Shown here: positions 54,271 to 63,595 of the stretch, in pieces | Layout of the letters: each line of letters opens with the position of its first letter | Position numbering within the stretch: position 1 is the stretch's first letter | Sequence record: PV261925.1 | DNA length: 64,000 nt | Strand: one strand, 5' to 3' | Program-made: the position numbers and the translations under genes | Notes under the pieces: model-generated | Seen by the model: the letters and a program-made list of their open reading frames with translations, nothing else | Database searches by the model: none | Told to the model about the DNA's origin: nothing

Positions 54271-55572
54271 TTAGTAATCGGCGTCGAAGGCTACAAAGGA
54301 AGTGTCGTCAGAAAATCTCACATAATATGGAACGTTAGCAACTAATCCAGAGGCTACATTTGCCTCCATTCCTATCATCCAACCATCTGATTGGGTTGTA
54401 TAAGTATAAAACTTTGTCATAACAGCTGATCCAGTCAAATCAAGTTCTTCAAGTCTCATATTATTAAAAGTTGTTGTAGGATCAATTCTCATGGTGGGTA
54501 ATGCAATTCCACCAAATGCTCTTGTAGAAGTAAAACCACCCATGATAAATGTTCTTGCTACTCCGTTTGAAAGATTTCTAATCTTTACAAAATATCGCTG
54601 ACATTTTAATAATTCCTCTGAATATGTCCTATGCTCAAAAGGTGTTGCCCTTGTGCCTCTTTCTAGTTGGACACCAGTCAATAACCAAGTTGCCCCTGCA
54701 GTTTCTAAAACTTTTACACCACCCGTCAATCCCAGTTGACCCCCAGGAGCAGTTGTACTATATCCAGTTGATAAACTTCTATTTGCCCCTTCTCCCAAAT
54801 CCCATGATATTAATAACCCACGACTAGTGGTATTTCCATATGTTCCACTTGTAAATGTTCCTGCAGGTACTGTGACTGTATGACGTTCCCAAGTATTTGT
54901 TGCACTTACAGTGTAGGAAAATGTGTAGGTTGCACTAGGTGCACCCTCGTCTTTAATAGTACCACCAAATGTTCCACTTAGTGATGATTTAACATAAAAA
55001 GATAATGTAAATGCTTCAACCTCTGCTGTGCCTAAGTTCAGACAGTTAACATCATATCCTTCAATACTATAATATATTCTACCAAAATCATCTGCTCCAG
55101 GAGAACTCCCACTTCCTACTTCTAGTCTTAATGAGTGACCAAATCCATCAGGAGCATCATTACTTTGAATTGTAGTATGTCCAGTACCAACATTGGCTTG
55201 AATTGTAAACCTGTCAATACAATATTCGGCACTGGCTGATGCTGTACTAGTAATACCATTATTTCTCTGATCAACCTGCATCCCGCCGTTAATAATAATA
55301 TTACGGTTACTTAAAGGTCCATTGGTAGGATATTGTAAGTCATTAATGTATTCAGTGGTAATATTGGTACTACCAATCGTAACTGAACCCTGACCAACTG
55401 TCAGAACTCCAGTGATTCTTGCATCTCCATTTACTGTCAGAGCAGTCTGACCAACTCCAGTCACAGTCGTAATACCGAGACTGGAGATACCAACAACATT
55501 CACACCCTCAGAGAATGTGGGTGATCCAGTTCCTGCCCTATCAGTATATCTGTCAGCTCTTACTCTAGACAT
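54271..55572 (-). CDS. Tail-fibre/adhesin-like protein (GTGSPTF N-module + RNxIING...ATPFEHR module)
   Basis: YPTNGPLSNRNIIINGGMQVDQR...QLERGTRATPFEHRTYSEELLKCQRY. Confidence 0.78.
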   Translation of the reverse strand: MSRVRADRYTDRAGTGSPTFSEGVNVVGISSLGITTVTGVGQTALTVNGDARITGVLTVGQGSVTIGSTNITTEYINDLQYPTNGPLSNRNIIINGGMQVDQRNNGITSTASASAEYCIDRFTIQANVGTGHTTIQSNDAPDGFGHSLRLEVGSGSSPGADDFGRIYYSIEGYDVNCLNLGTAEVEAFTLSFYVKSSLSGTFGGTIKDEGAPSATYTFSYTVSATNTWERHTVTVPAGTFTSGTYGNTTSRGLLISWDLGEGANRSLSTGYSTTAPGGQLGLTGGVKVLETAGATWLLTGVQLERGTRATPFEHRTYSEELLKCQRYFVKIRNLSNGVARTFIMGGFTSTRAFGGIALPTMRIDPTTTFNNMRLEELDLTGSAVMTKFYTYTTQSDGWMIGMEANVASGLVANVPYYVRFSDDTSFVAFDADY

Positions 55573-55579
55573 TGTGAAA

Positions 55580-55594
55580 CTTTTTAGTTATTTA
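55580..55594 (-). promoter_or_regulatory. T4-type late promoter, extended TAAATAACTAAAAAG
   Basis: TAA doubles as the stop codon of 55592..55756. Confidence 0.75.
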
Positions 55595-55756
55595 TTCAGG
55601 GTCAGCAGGTAGTGGTGTGTTGCCTTCGGCTAGCCATTCTAGATATCTCTGGTATTCGGAGTTGTTCTCATCATTCGGAACGTAAAATTTAAAATTGTTT
55701 CTTTGATAAACAACTCCAATTTGCTCCCCTTGATTGTTATTGTGAATTTTATACAT
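55592..55756 (-). CDS. Small fibre-associated protein (54 aa)
   Basis: Hand translation ...YVPNDENNSEYQRYLEWLAEGNTPLPADPE; GGAG RBS; a pattern common after phage fibre genes. Confidence 0.75.
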   Translation of the reverse strand: MYKIHNNNQGEQIGVVYQRNNFKFYVPNDENNSEYQRYLEWLAEGNTPLPADPE

Positions 55757-55798
55757 TAATTGGACTCCTTAAATTGTCAATGTAAATTTTGTACATGA

Positions 55799-57010
55799 TC
55801 ATAATTCTGCATCAAAATCCATTCTTAAGTCATCATTGAATACTTCGAGCCATCCTGCATCTCCTGCAGTATATGTAACAACACTACCTCCAGTGCCATT
55901 TGAATTGCTATAAAAATCCGACAAGTAAACTATAGAGCAATTTGTTCCGCATCTTTGTGTACCAAAAGTAGAACCAGTTTGGTTCCAACTAGCCACTCCA
56001 GCAGCAAACATACGGATAAATCCAGGTGTTGATGCAGATATATTATTACTAAAGACGGGTGTTGATCTCATCGTTACTGGATGATGAATGGCAACATATA
56101 TCTGGTTACTTTGCCAAACTGCTCCAGCTCCGATTCCGTCAGCAGTAGAGTCAGTACCCAAATGGGTATAAAAATACCTCTGACAGCTGGCCAGTTCATC
56201 ACCATAAGAACGATGTTCGAATGGCGTGGCTCTTTCGCCGACTTCTAATTGAATACCAGTAATTGACCACTCGTTGTCAGTGCTATCTGCTAAATTTGTT
56301 TGTCCAGCAAAACGATTTGCGGTAGTTGTTTGCCATGTATTTGATTGAAATGTTCCACTTGAAAGGGTTGGTCCAGCAGCAAGACACCATTGGACATATA
56401 GACCTACACCATTGTCGTTATTAATAGCGTTTGAAGTGTCTCCAACATAAGTTAAAGTTTTATATTCCCAGGTGTTTGCTGAATTAATTGTATATTTAAT
56501 GCCATTAAAAGTAGCAGCATCTCCATGATCTAGTTCAACCACATAATCACCAGTTTTATTTGATTTAACCCAGAATGAGAGTGTAATTTGTTTTGCGGTA
56601 GAACTACCATAGTCAAGATGTACTAAATTTTGAGCTTCAACATATTGACTAAGGAAGCAATTATCTGTACCTGTTAAAGATGCTTTTGCAGTAGTACAAT
56701 CAACTTTAATACTATTTGAAAATCCAGAAGGCAAATTTGATGTAGTATTTGCTGTTGTCCAAGTACCACAGGTATTTACGTTTAACCTAAACCTATCAGC
56801 TGCCCAAGACGGACCAGCAGTCACTCCAGTGTCTCCTGTGCCCCGTTGAGCCACCTGCATCGCGCCATTGATAATCAGGTTGCGATTACTTAATGGACCA
56901 GCAGTAGGATATTGAAGACCACCAACAGTCACTGAACCATCAGTTGCAATACCAATACCACCTGCTGCGGTGGAAGGGTTTTCTATATTGTAAACTCTTA
57001 AGGTGCTCAT
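55799..57010 (-). CDS. Tail-fibre/adhesin-like protein (RNLIING...ATPFEHR module)
   Basis: YPTAGPLSNRNLIINGAMQVAQRG...QLEVGERATPFEHRSYGDELASCQRY. Confidence 0.78.
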   Translation of the reverse strand: MSTLRVYNIENPSTAAGGIGIATDGSVTVGGLQYPTAGPLSNRNLIINGAMQVAQRGTGDTGVTAGPSWAADRFRLNVNTCGTWTTANTTSNLPSGFSNSIKVDCTTAKASLTGTDNCFLSQYVEAQNLVHLDYGSSTAKQITLSFWVKSNKTGDYVVELDHGDAATFNGIKYTINSANTWEYKTLTYVGDTSNAINNDNGVGLYVQWCLAAGPTLSSGTFQSNTWQTTTANRFAGQTNLADSTDNEWSITGIQLEVGERATPFEHRSYGDELASCQRYFYTHLGTDSTADGIGAGAVWQSNQIYVAIHHPVTMRSTPVFSNNISASTPGFIRMFAAGVASWNQTGSTFGTQRCGTNCSIVYLSDFYSNSNGTGGSVVTYTAGDAGWLEVFNDDLRMDFDAEL

Positions 57011-57012
57011 GG

Positions 57013-57333
57013 TTAGCTTCCTGGTTTAGTAGGCCATGTTGGATTGGCTGGATCTGATGTATTTGATGGAAGATCTCTCAATGCCTGACGATAAGTTGTC
57101 ATTTCGGCACTCAGTGTCAAATCCGACAATGCCAAGTAGTCAGTTTCAGCCAGAAGACGATTACGTTCTTGGCGTAATTCTTTCCATTGACCCTCAACTT
57201 GAATTTCAGCTGCTGCTGTGTCTACTAATGATTGATCAATAGTGATTTGATTACCATCGGCGTCAAATGCACCTTTACTATCACTCACATAGACTGCTTC
57301 TGGATAGACTCTTCTTATTGCTCTATGATTCAT
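57013..57333 (-). CDS. Phage tail assembly chaperone-like protein
   Basis: WKELRQERNRLLAETDY...YRQALRDLP...WPTKP. Confidence 0.75.
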   Translation of the reverse strand: MNHRAIRRVYPEAVYVSDSKGAFDADGNQITIDQSLVDTAAAEIQVEGQWKELRQERNRLLAETDYLALSDLTLSAEMTTYRQALRDLPSNTSDPANPTWPTKPGS

Positions 57334-57917
57334 CCTGCTACCTCCATTAATGTAAAATGAGACATGGGACGACCTATCTTGACAGCATCGGTATCATTTT
57401 CAAACATGTTCACAAAAACTGTTTGAGAAGCGGAACTCATGTGTCTAATCTTTACTCCGTATGTAAACGTACCCGCACTACCTGGAGTGTCTAGAAACAT
57501 AATATTGAGGGGTTGACTTGAATCTTGTCGGTCAGGGTCAGAATAACCAACAGACGAATACCTAAATCTATTTCCAGCTGCGTCAGCAATACCAATGTTT
57601 GTACCATCTCTATTCAATACAAATCCGTATGACGGAGTGGTTGCCATCATATGCATGGTACACATGATTAAAACTTTACTATTTTCTGATACTGTAATGG
57701 ACTGTTCAATAATATTACTACTGACTGTCAGAGTTGCAATGTTATAACTCTCAGCATCAGATTTAACTGACTGAACAACCTGCAAAATATTTCCAGAACG
57801 CTCAAGGCGATCAAGAGTTCCACTTGCAGTGGGCATCGTCATTGTAGTGATACCAGCAACAGCTGGTGCACTCAACTCTGTATATCCAGATGTGGCACCA
57901 TTTAACCTAACTGGCAT
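57330..57917 (-). CDS. Small fibre/structural protein (GATSG...APAVAG N-module)
   Basis: MPVRLNGATSGYTELSAPAVAG...GNILQVVQ...FTLMEVAG; TAAATA at 57944-57949. Confidence 0.7.
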   Translation of the reverse strand: MPVRLNGATSGYTELSAPAVAGITTMTMPTASGTLDRLERSGNILQVVQSVKSDAESYNIATLTVSSNIIEQSITVSENSKVLIMCTMHMMATTPSYGFVLNRDGTNIGIADAAGNRFRYSSVGYSDPDRQDSSQPLNIMFLDTPGSAGTFTYGVKIRHMSSASQTVFVNMFENDTDAVKIGRPMSHFTLMEVAG

Positions 57918-57970
57918 TTTAATGAACCTCCATTCTTATTATATATTTATTATCTCTATAAACTGGTTTA

Positions 57971-58594
57971 TTATTGAATCATGTACCAACCAGCAACTAT
58001 GACACCATCACCACTACCAAAGGTAAAAGTGTTTCCTAGTGCCGCTACTTGTCCAGAATTGTCATAATTATAAATTATTCTTAATTGATCGTTGGATGCT
58101 AGATATCCATAAAATTGAAACGCAGTAGCATCAAAATTAACTCCGCTAGTGGTGACATTAAATCTTGATGTTCCTGTGCTTTGGAATGGAAGTTGACCCA
58201 TTCTAAAAATGCTGCTACCACCAGTGTTTGTTACGGTATCAACGGTTATATTAAACCGTATATAAACCATGTTGCCAATTTTTGTGTAAAATCCTTGTTG
58301 AGTGGTGTATGTAAATTCAGAACCAGCAGTTTCAATAATTGGTGTAAATGTGCCCTCCTCATAATCATCAAGAATAGAGGAAGTACTACTACCCTGAGAA
58401 TCAGATGCGGCAGAGAAGTCAATACCTTGAGTATCTGGAAATACTAAATTACCACTACTATTAAACGTTGCAGCTACACTACCACCAGTTACAAATTCAA
58501 TTTCATTTGTACCAGGTCTGATACCTGTATCTGAATCACCACCTTGAAAACCAGGTGCTGCTGTAGTATTTGTTCCGCTAATTCTTACAGTCAT
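57971..58594 (-). CDS. Fibre-like protein (LDDYEEG C-module)
   Basis: GIDFSA...ILDDYEEGTFTP...YTKIGNMV; start at ATG 58594 overlapping upstream TAA. Confidence 0.72.
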   Translation of the reverse strand: MTVRISGTNTTAAPGFQGGDSDTGIRPGTNEIEFVTGGSVAATFNSSGNLVFPDTQGIDFSAASDSQGSSTSSILDDYEEGTFTPIIETAGSEFTYTTQQGFYTKIGNMVYIRFNITVDTVTNTGGSSIFRMGQLPFQSTGTSRFNVTTSGVNFDATAFQFYGYLASNDQLRIIYNYDNSGQVAALGNTFTFGSGDGVIVAGWYMIQ

Positions 58595-58899
58595 TATACT
58601 ACACTCCAAACTGAACCTGAATTGACTGTGACAGTGGCACCAGATGCAACATTGATAGGACCAGCTGTCATGGCATTACGCCCTGTGGTGATACTATAAC
58701 TGGTAGTCACTGTCAAATCATTCTCATAAAAAATTCTATCAGTACCAGCACCAACTGCACCGACTAAATCACGACCATCATACTTAAATGCTGTAGCAGT
58801 TACAACACCAGAGACATTGATACCTCCCCCAATCCCAAGAGTGATATTAGGGGAGGAAGCATCTAAATGCTCTAGGTTATTAGTCTTTAGAATACTCAT
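58594..58899 (-). CDS. Small structural protein (FYEN...AGP...W C-module)
   Basis: GAGTDRIFYENDLTVTTSY...NAMTAGPINV...WSVV; late promoter 58908-58922. Confidence 0.72.
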   Translation of the reverse strand: MSILKTNNLEHLDASSPNITLGIGGGINVSGVVTATAFKYDGRDLVGAVGAGTDRIFYENDLTVTTSYSITTGRNAMTAGPINVASGATVTVNSGSVWSVV

Positions 58900-58922
58900 C
58901 TCAATATCTTTTTAGGTATTTA

Positions 58923-59210
58923 TCAGACTGCGTCTCTGGTAGCGATCAGGTGTGCCTTATATGCATCCTTGACTGCTTGTGTCCATGCAGCGTTACAAAT
59001 TGCTTGAACGTCTGCATCTTCACCACTGATGTCTGTATCTACCCAGTTGTCGTCTGCATCAACTGTACCAGGCATCAGACAATGACGATGGAAAGTACGT
59101 GCAATCTCTGTACCATCTCTCTCAACAATATCAGCTCTACGTACTTGAACTGCTTTAAATCTACCGACAACTTCAATCTTGTCGTTTTCGCTTCTTTCAG
59201 AAAGTGCCAT
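58923..59210 (-). CDS. Conserved small fibre-associated protein
   Basis: DKIEVVG...VQVRRA...RTFHRHCL...DISGEDADVQAICNAAWT; GGAGG RBS; TAAATA at 59249-59254. Confidence 0.78.
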   Translation of the reverse strand: MALSERSENDKIEVVGRFKAVQVRRADIVERDGTEIARTFHRHCLMPGTVDADDNWVDTDISGEDADVQAICNAAWTQAVKDAYKAHLIATRDAV

Positions 59211-59254
59211 TAGGATAATCCTCCGAATTAAACAGGGTTAGGCGTAAGTATTTA

Positions 59255-60199
59255 TTATGCTTCTGTATAATAATTAAGTGTAAAAATGATAGAGCCACTA
59301 GCAGTCATCTCTGTTCCTTGCAATGGATCCCAACCCACATTGTCCCCACACTGATAAAATGTCATGTCATTACCGCCAACATAAGTTACAAGATACGTCT
59401 TACTTGCTCCATTATCAAGATTTACATTATTAATCATCGCGGTACCCACAGCTTCAGGAGTGTCACCAACTCCTTGAGATGCTGCAAATGGAAGTCTAAT
59501 AGTTACATTGGCTGCAGCTGGGGTGTCTAATCCAGAAATTCTTCCCCATACAGTAACTTTTCTTCCGAGTTTTACATATCTAGTGCTACCACTATTAACG
59601 CCATTACCACCCGTAGCGAGTGTAGCAGTCCAAGTACCTTGCTCATAATCATCTAAAAGGTGTGCAGATGCTGTATCAGAACTACCAGCACCAGTATTCT
59701 GAAAATCAATACCTTGATGGTTAATAGTCAGATACTGTGTTGCATCTGTAGAGTCTTGTACTCTGATTGTACCACCAACAGCAACATTAACACCTGCAGA
59801 AACTGTGGTGGTATTGACACCTACACCACCAGTTGAAGTTATACGAAGTCTTTCTGCGTCTGCAGTTTCATCATAAACATTTAAAATTGTACCACTATTT
59901 CCTATAGTAAAGGAACGAGCATTAGCACCAGTTTTATCCAATCCTAATCTGGATATCGTTCCATCACTTACTTTGAGGTTTGTTCCATTAGCAGGAAAAG
60001 TTATCGTATTGATACCAACATTACCACTACTATCCTCAACCATTGAGGAATGAGTTACAATACCAGCTGTGGTACTGTTCTTATAGAACTGATTGGCACT
60101 ACCATTCCCATCAGGTAGTGTGATAGTATTATCACCAGCTACAGCTGGAGCGTTGATATCAACGGCTCCAGAAGTTTGTCCTCGTAAACTCAGTCCCAT
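59255..60199 (-). CDS. Fibre-like protein (GQTSG...APAVAG N-module + LDDYEQG C-module)
   Basis: ERLRITSTGGVGVNT; GIDFQN...LLDDYEQGTWT...YVKLGRKV; late promoter 60209-60224. Confidence 0.75.
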   Translation of the reverse strand: MGLSLRGQTSGAVDINAPAVAGDNTITLPDGNGSANQFYKNSTTAGIVTHSSMVEDSSGNVGINTITFPANGTNLKVSDGTISRLGLDKTGANARSFTIGNSGTILNVYDETADAERLRITSTGGVGVNTTTVSAGVNVAVGGTIRVQDSTDATQYLTINHQGIDFQNTGAGSSDTASAHLLDDYEQGTWTATLATGGNGVNSGSTRYVKLGRKVTVWGRISGLDTPAAANVTIRLPFAASQGVGDTPEAVGTAMINNVNLDNGASKTYLVTYVGGNDMTFYQCGDNVGWDPLQGTEMTASGSIIFTLNYYTEA

Positions 60200-60224
60200 G
60201 GGATTATACTTTTTTAGTTATTTA

Positions 60225-61574
60225 TCAGGCAGTGGATGAAGCGGTCATTGAGTGCTGTGAACCTGGTACTGCATTTTGAATAATGACTTCATAGAAGAAT
60301 GACACACCATCATCAGCTGTTGGATTAGAAATATCAATACTATATCCATTTCCGCCAGAATTATTAAATGCATAGTGACTTGCTGCTGAGTAAGTATATG
60401 CAAAAGGTGTGGTTACTGTTGCACTATCAGAGGATGTACCACTGGAGTTTGTAAATACTCTACACATAAACTGTGCAGCAGGGTGATTGTTTGATGTATT
60501 AGATGCTGTCCAAGAACCTGTAGCATTGATTGTAATCATTGCACTAGTTCTATCAGTTCCTACAAAAGTAAATCTAGTCAGTTGTCCAGAATTCAATGTA
60601 TCACTGACATAATACTTTTTGATTGCACCACCAGCAATCTCCTCATATCTATAGACTTGGTTTTGTGTAATAGAACTATCGCCTAACTGTAAAGTGGAAC
60701 CAGTTGATACATTGATGTTACCACCATTAGTGATGCTTAGTCTTTCATTATTTCCATTTGTATAGAATTTGATTTCTCCTGAAGGTGAGCCTGAATAAGC
60801 ACCTGCTATATTTAAATGATCATCACCCCAAATGTAATGAATTCTATCATCAGCAAGTTTTTTTAATTCAATCTGTCCACCACTAATATTGGCAAGAGAA
60901 AGATTTGCGTAACCAGCTGATGAAACTGGTATGTCAGTTCCAATACCAATATTGCCGGCTGTAGTAACTCTGAGTGCCTCAGTTCCACCAGCAGATATTG
61001 CAACTTGACCAGCAGCAGGGAAGAATACGCCAGTCGTTGTATCAACACCAACTAAACCAGGTGTTGCTTCTGTACCATAACCAACTGATACTGCTGCACC
61101 AACAGGAACTGCAAGACCATAAGGGAACTTAGGTGCCTTTACACCACTCTTATCTGTAATATTATCTACTCTTACTTTACCTTCACCACTAGCAAGAATA
61201 CCAGGAGTATCTACATCTGTACCAATACCTAAAATGTCAGGAATAAAGTCATCACCATCGGCTACAATCAGGTCTGCATCACCTTGTAGGACAATGTTGG
61301 TATATTGTGTATATGCTGCTGAAGCAGATGCTGGTGGGTCTACAGTGATGGTAGAACCAATGGTCAGGTTTGCATCAGTATAATATATCTTATTCAACGG
61401 ACTGTTTAGGTCATCTGGTAACAATGAAGTACCAAGGCCACCAGGAGTACCAGTCAGGTTTGAGCCGTCACCATAGTATTCAATTGCAGTTACTACCCCC
61501 AACCTGACATTAACAGGATTTTGAGGGTTAGTAACCGCAGAACCAAAACCAGCAAGATTACGAGCTCTTGACAT
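60225..61574 (-). CDS. Tail-fibre-like protein
   Basis: MSRARNLA, YYGDGSNLTG, EALRVTTAGNIGIGT repeats; late promoter 61583-61597. Confidence 0.75.
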   Translation of the reverse strand: MSRARNLAGFGSAVTNPQNPVNVRLGVVTAIEYYGDGSNLTGTPGGLGTSLLPDDLNSPLNKIYYTDANLTIGSTITVDPPASASAAYTQYTNIVLQGDADLIVADGDDFIPDILGIGTDVDTPGILASGEGKVRVDNITDKSGVKAPKFPYGLAVPVGAAVSVGYGTEATPGLVGVDTTTGVFFPAAGQVAISAGGTEALRVTTAGNIGIGTDIPVSSAGYANLSLANISGGQIELKKLADDRIHYIWGDDHLNIAGAYSGSPSGEIKFYTNGNNERLSITNGGNINVSTGSTLQLGDSSITQNQVYRYEEIAGGAIKKYYVSDTLNSGQLTRFTFVGTDRTSAMITINATGSWTASNTSNNHPAAQFMCRVFTNSSGTSSDSATVTTPFAYTYSAASHYAFNNSGGNGYSIDISNPTADDGVSFFYEVIIQNAVPGSQHSMTASSTA

Positions 61575-61605
61575 TTTTTATACTTTTTAGTTATTTATAG
61601 GTATA

Positions 61606-62931
61606 TTATAATTCTACAGACACTTGTAGCCATGCTCCTGCGTAAGCATAAAGAACCGATGTCTGTCCTATACTACCAATACTAGTGAATCCATTTCCAT
61701 AGATATGTACCGATTCTGGGGAATTACCTAAACCAGTAAGTGTTCCTACTGTGGTGGGATTTGCGGTGTTTGGTTGTAAAAATGTCAAATTTCCAGCCGA
61801 AGTACCTGTTCCAGAAAATGTCACATCGACCGCAACAGCTGTGGTTCTCATCGAAACGGGATAATGGATAACTGCCCCACGAGGAGAGGCGGAGCTTTGT
61901 AAACTTCCTAGAGCAGCATAAGTAGAGTCTGGGTAATTAAATCTGACACAATATCTTTGACACCTAGCAAGCTCATCACCATAAGAACGATGTTCAAAAG
62001 GTGTGGCTCTTTCGCCGACTTCTAATTGAACACCTGTAATGTTCCAGTTTGCTCCAGCATCGTCATGTAAATTGACTGATTGACCAGCGGCTCTATTTAC
62101 GTTTGACTCAGCAGCCCAATTCGCAGGAAGTGTTCCAGTGGTAAAGTTTGTACCCGCCTGTAACCACCACTTGATTCTGAAGCCTTCACTATTACTGTCT
62201 GTAATTGAATTCGTAGTGTCGCCAGGGAATGTAATGGTCTTATATTCCCAAGTATCGGCAGTGTCAATCGTATAAGTCTTTGCGATATGTCTGCTTTCAT
62301 TCGGTCTGGATATTTCTAAAACATACGTCCCAGTTCTGTTGCCTTTTACATAAAAAGACATTGTTAAAGTTTTTGCACTGGCTGCACCATAACCTAGGCT
62401 TTGTAGGTTAAGACCTTCTATCCTTTGGTTGAGGTATACGTTTGAAGCAGTAGCAATACTAGAATCGACGCTATCTACATTCCATTTGAAAAAAGTAGGA
62501 AACCCGCTTGGTCCGCCTGATGTTTCTTGAGTGAATGTGGCTTGAGAAGCATTATCTAGCTGCACTCGCCACCGATCACAAATAGGATAGTTCGAGTATT
62601 GGCTTTGAGTTTCAGTGGTACCCCTCTGCGCCACTTGCATAGCGCCATTAATAATCAGGTTACGATTACTTAATGGACCAGCAGAAGGATAATTTAGGTC
62701 ATTAATACTACTAATATATGCCGTTGTTACACCGATCGTAGCACCAACACCAGCAATATGAACATTACCTCCTGTAACTTCAATACCATTACGTGCAGTA
62801 ATAACACCAACAGAATCTACATTGGTAACATCTTCATATGTGACTGTACCACCTACAGATACACTCTGGTCAAAGGAATAACTTGTAGTTGCGCCAGTAA
62901 TTGCACCGTCGCCTGAAATTGAAATTGGCAT
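61606..62931 (-). CDS. Tail-fibre/adhesin-like protein (RNLIING...ATPFEHR module)
   Basis: VTYEDVTNVDSVGVITARNG; YPSAGPLSNRNLIINGAMQVAQRG...QLEVGERATPFEHRSYGDELARCQRY. Confidence 0.78.
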   Translation of the reverse strand: MPISISGDGAITGATTSYSFDQSVSVGGTVTYEDVTNVDSVGVITARNGIEVTGGNVHIAGVGATIGVTTAYISSINDLNYPSAGPLSNRNLIINGAMQVAQRGTTETQSQYSNYPICDRWRVQLDNASQATFTQETSGGPSGFPTFFKWNVDSVDSSIATASNVYLNQRIEGLNLQSLGYGAASAKTLTMSFYVKGNRTGTYVLEISRPNESRHIAKTYTIDTADTWEYKTITFPGDTTNSITDSNSEGFRIKWWLQAGTNFTTGTLPANWAAESNVNRAAGQSVNLHDDAGANWNITGVQLEVGERATPFEHRSYGDELARCQRYCVRFNYPDSTYAALGSLQSSASPRGAVIHYPVSMRTTAVAVDVTFSGTGTSAGNLTFLQPNTANPTTVGTLTGLGNSPESVHIYGNGFTSIGSIGQTSVLYAYAGAWLQVSVEL

Positions 62932-62942
62932 TTAATTACTCC

Positions 62943-63572
62943 TTACAGAATGACCCATCTTTCAGAACCAGGGATAGTCACTGTAACCCCAGCTGATACT
63001 GAAACAGGACCAACACTGACCGCACTGTATCCTGATGTTAATTGATAATTGGTTGTCACAACTCTCTGGTTCTCTTGGAAGACTTTATCAGGTCCACCAC
63101 CTCTTGCACCACCAGAGATTGCAATATCAATAGAACCATCACCCTTCAATGTGACTGTATTACCAGCACCAGTGAAGTTCAGTGTGGATGTAATACCAAT
63201 GGTTGTACCACCTGATTGAATACCAACTTCACCAATACCATCAACACTTGCATAAAGTGTTCCAGTGACTACCAGGTCACCACTGATAGTCTGTGATGAT
63301 GCTGAACCTACAATGGCATCAGGAACAGCAAAGGTATCAAGAACCTCAATCGAGATTTCATCACCTGCTTGACAAGCATCATTCAGTGTGACAGTAGAAC
63401 CATCAGCTGCTGTGTAGTCAGTGGAATTCGTCAGACGAACACCATTTCTAAACAGAGACAGCTTGCCGAGGGTATAACCATCAGTGACTGTAAATAAAGT
63501 CTGTCCTGCGGTTGCGGAAAACCTTAATACTCTATAATTATTTTGACTGGATATAGGATTTCCAATGGCCAT
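62943..63572 (-). CDS. Structural protein (FQEN...VGP...W C-module)
   Basis: ATAGQTLF...LFRNGVRL...DYTA; GGPDKVFQEN...SVGPVSV...RWVIL; late promoter 63581-63595. Confidence 0.72.
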   Translation of the reverse strand: MAIGNPISSQNNYRVLRFSATAGQTLFTVTDGYTLGKLSLFRNGVRLTNSTDYTAADGSTVTLNDACQAGDEISIEVLDTFAVPDAIVGSASSQTISGDLVVTGTLYASVDGIGEVGIQSGGTTIGITSTLNFTGAGNTVTLKGDGSIDIAISGGARGGGPDKVFQENQRVVTTNYQLTSGYSAVSVGPVSVSAGVTVTIPGSERWVIL

Positions 63573-63595
63573 TGTAAAACCTTTTTAGTTATTTA

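Noticed and set aside
573-59530. All plus-strand ORFs in the supplied track (e.g. 14906..15223, 46377..46793, 45650..46024)
   Set aside because: They are antisense shadows of long minus-strand genes, with no RBS or recognisable motifs; 14906..15223 merely mirrors the 45-bp repeat.
54271-62931. Diversity-generating retroelement acting on fibre genes
   Set aside because: No reverse transcriptase in the window; repeat mismatches are synonymous and not confined to adenines; no non-coding template repeat.
52934-63572. Invertase-driven tail-fibre shufflon
   Set aside because: All fibre genes have the same orientation and own promoters; no recombinase gene or inverted crossover sites seen.
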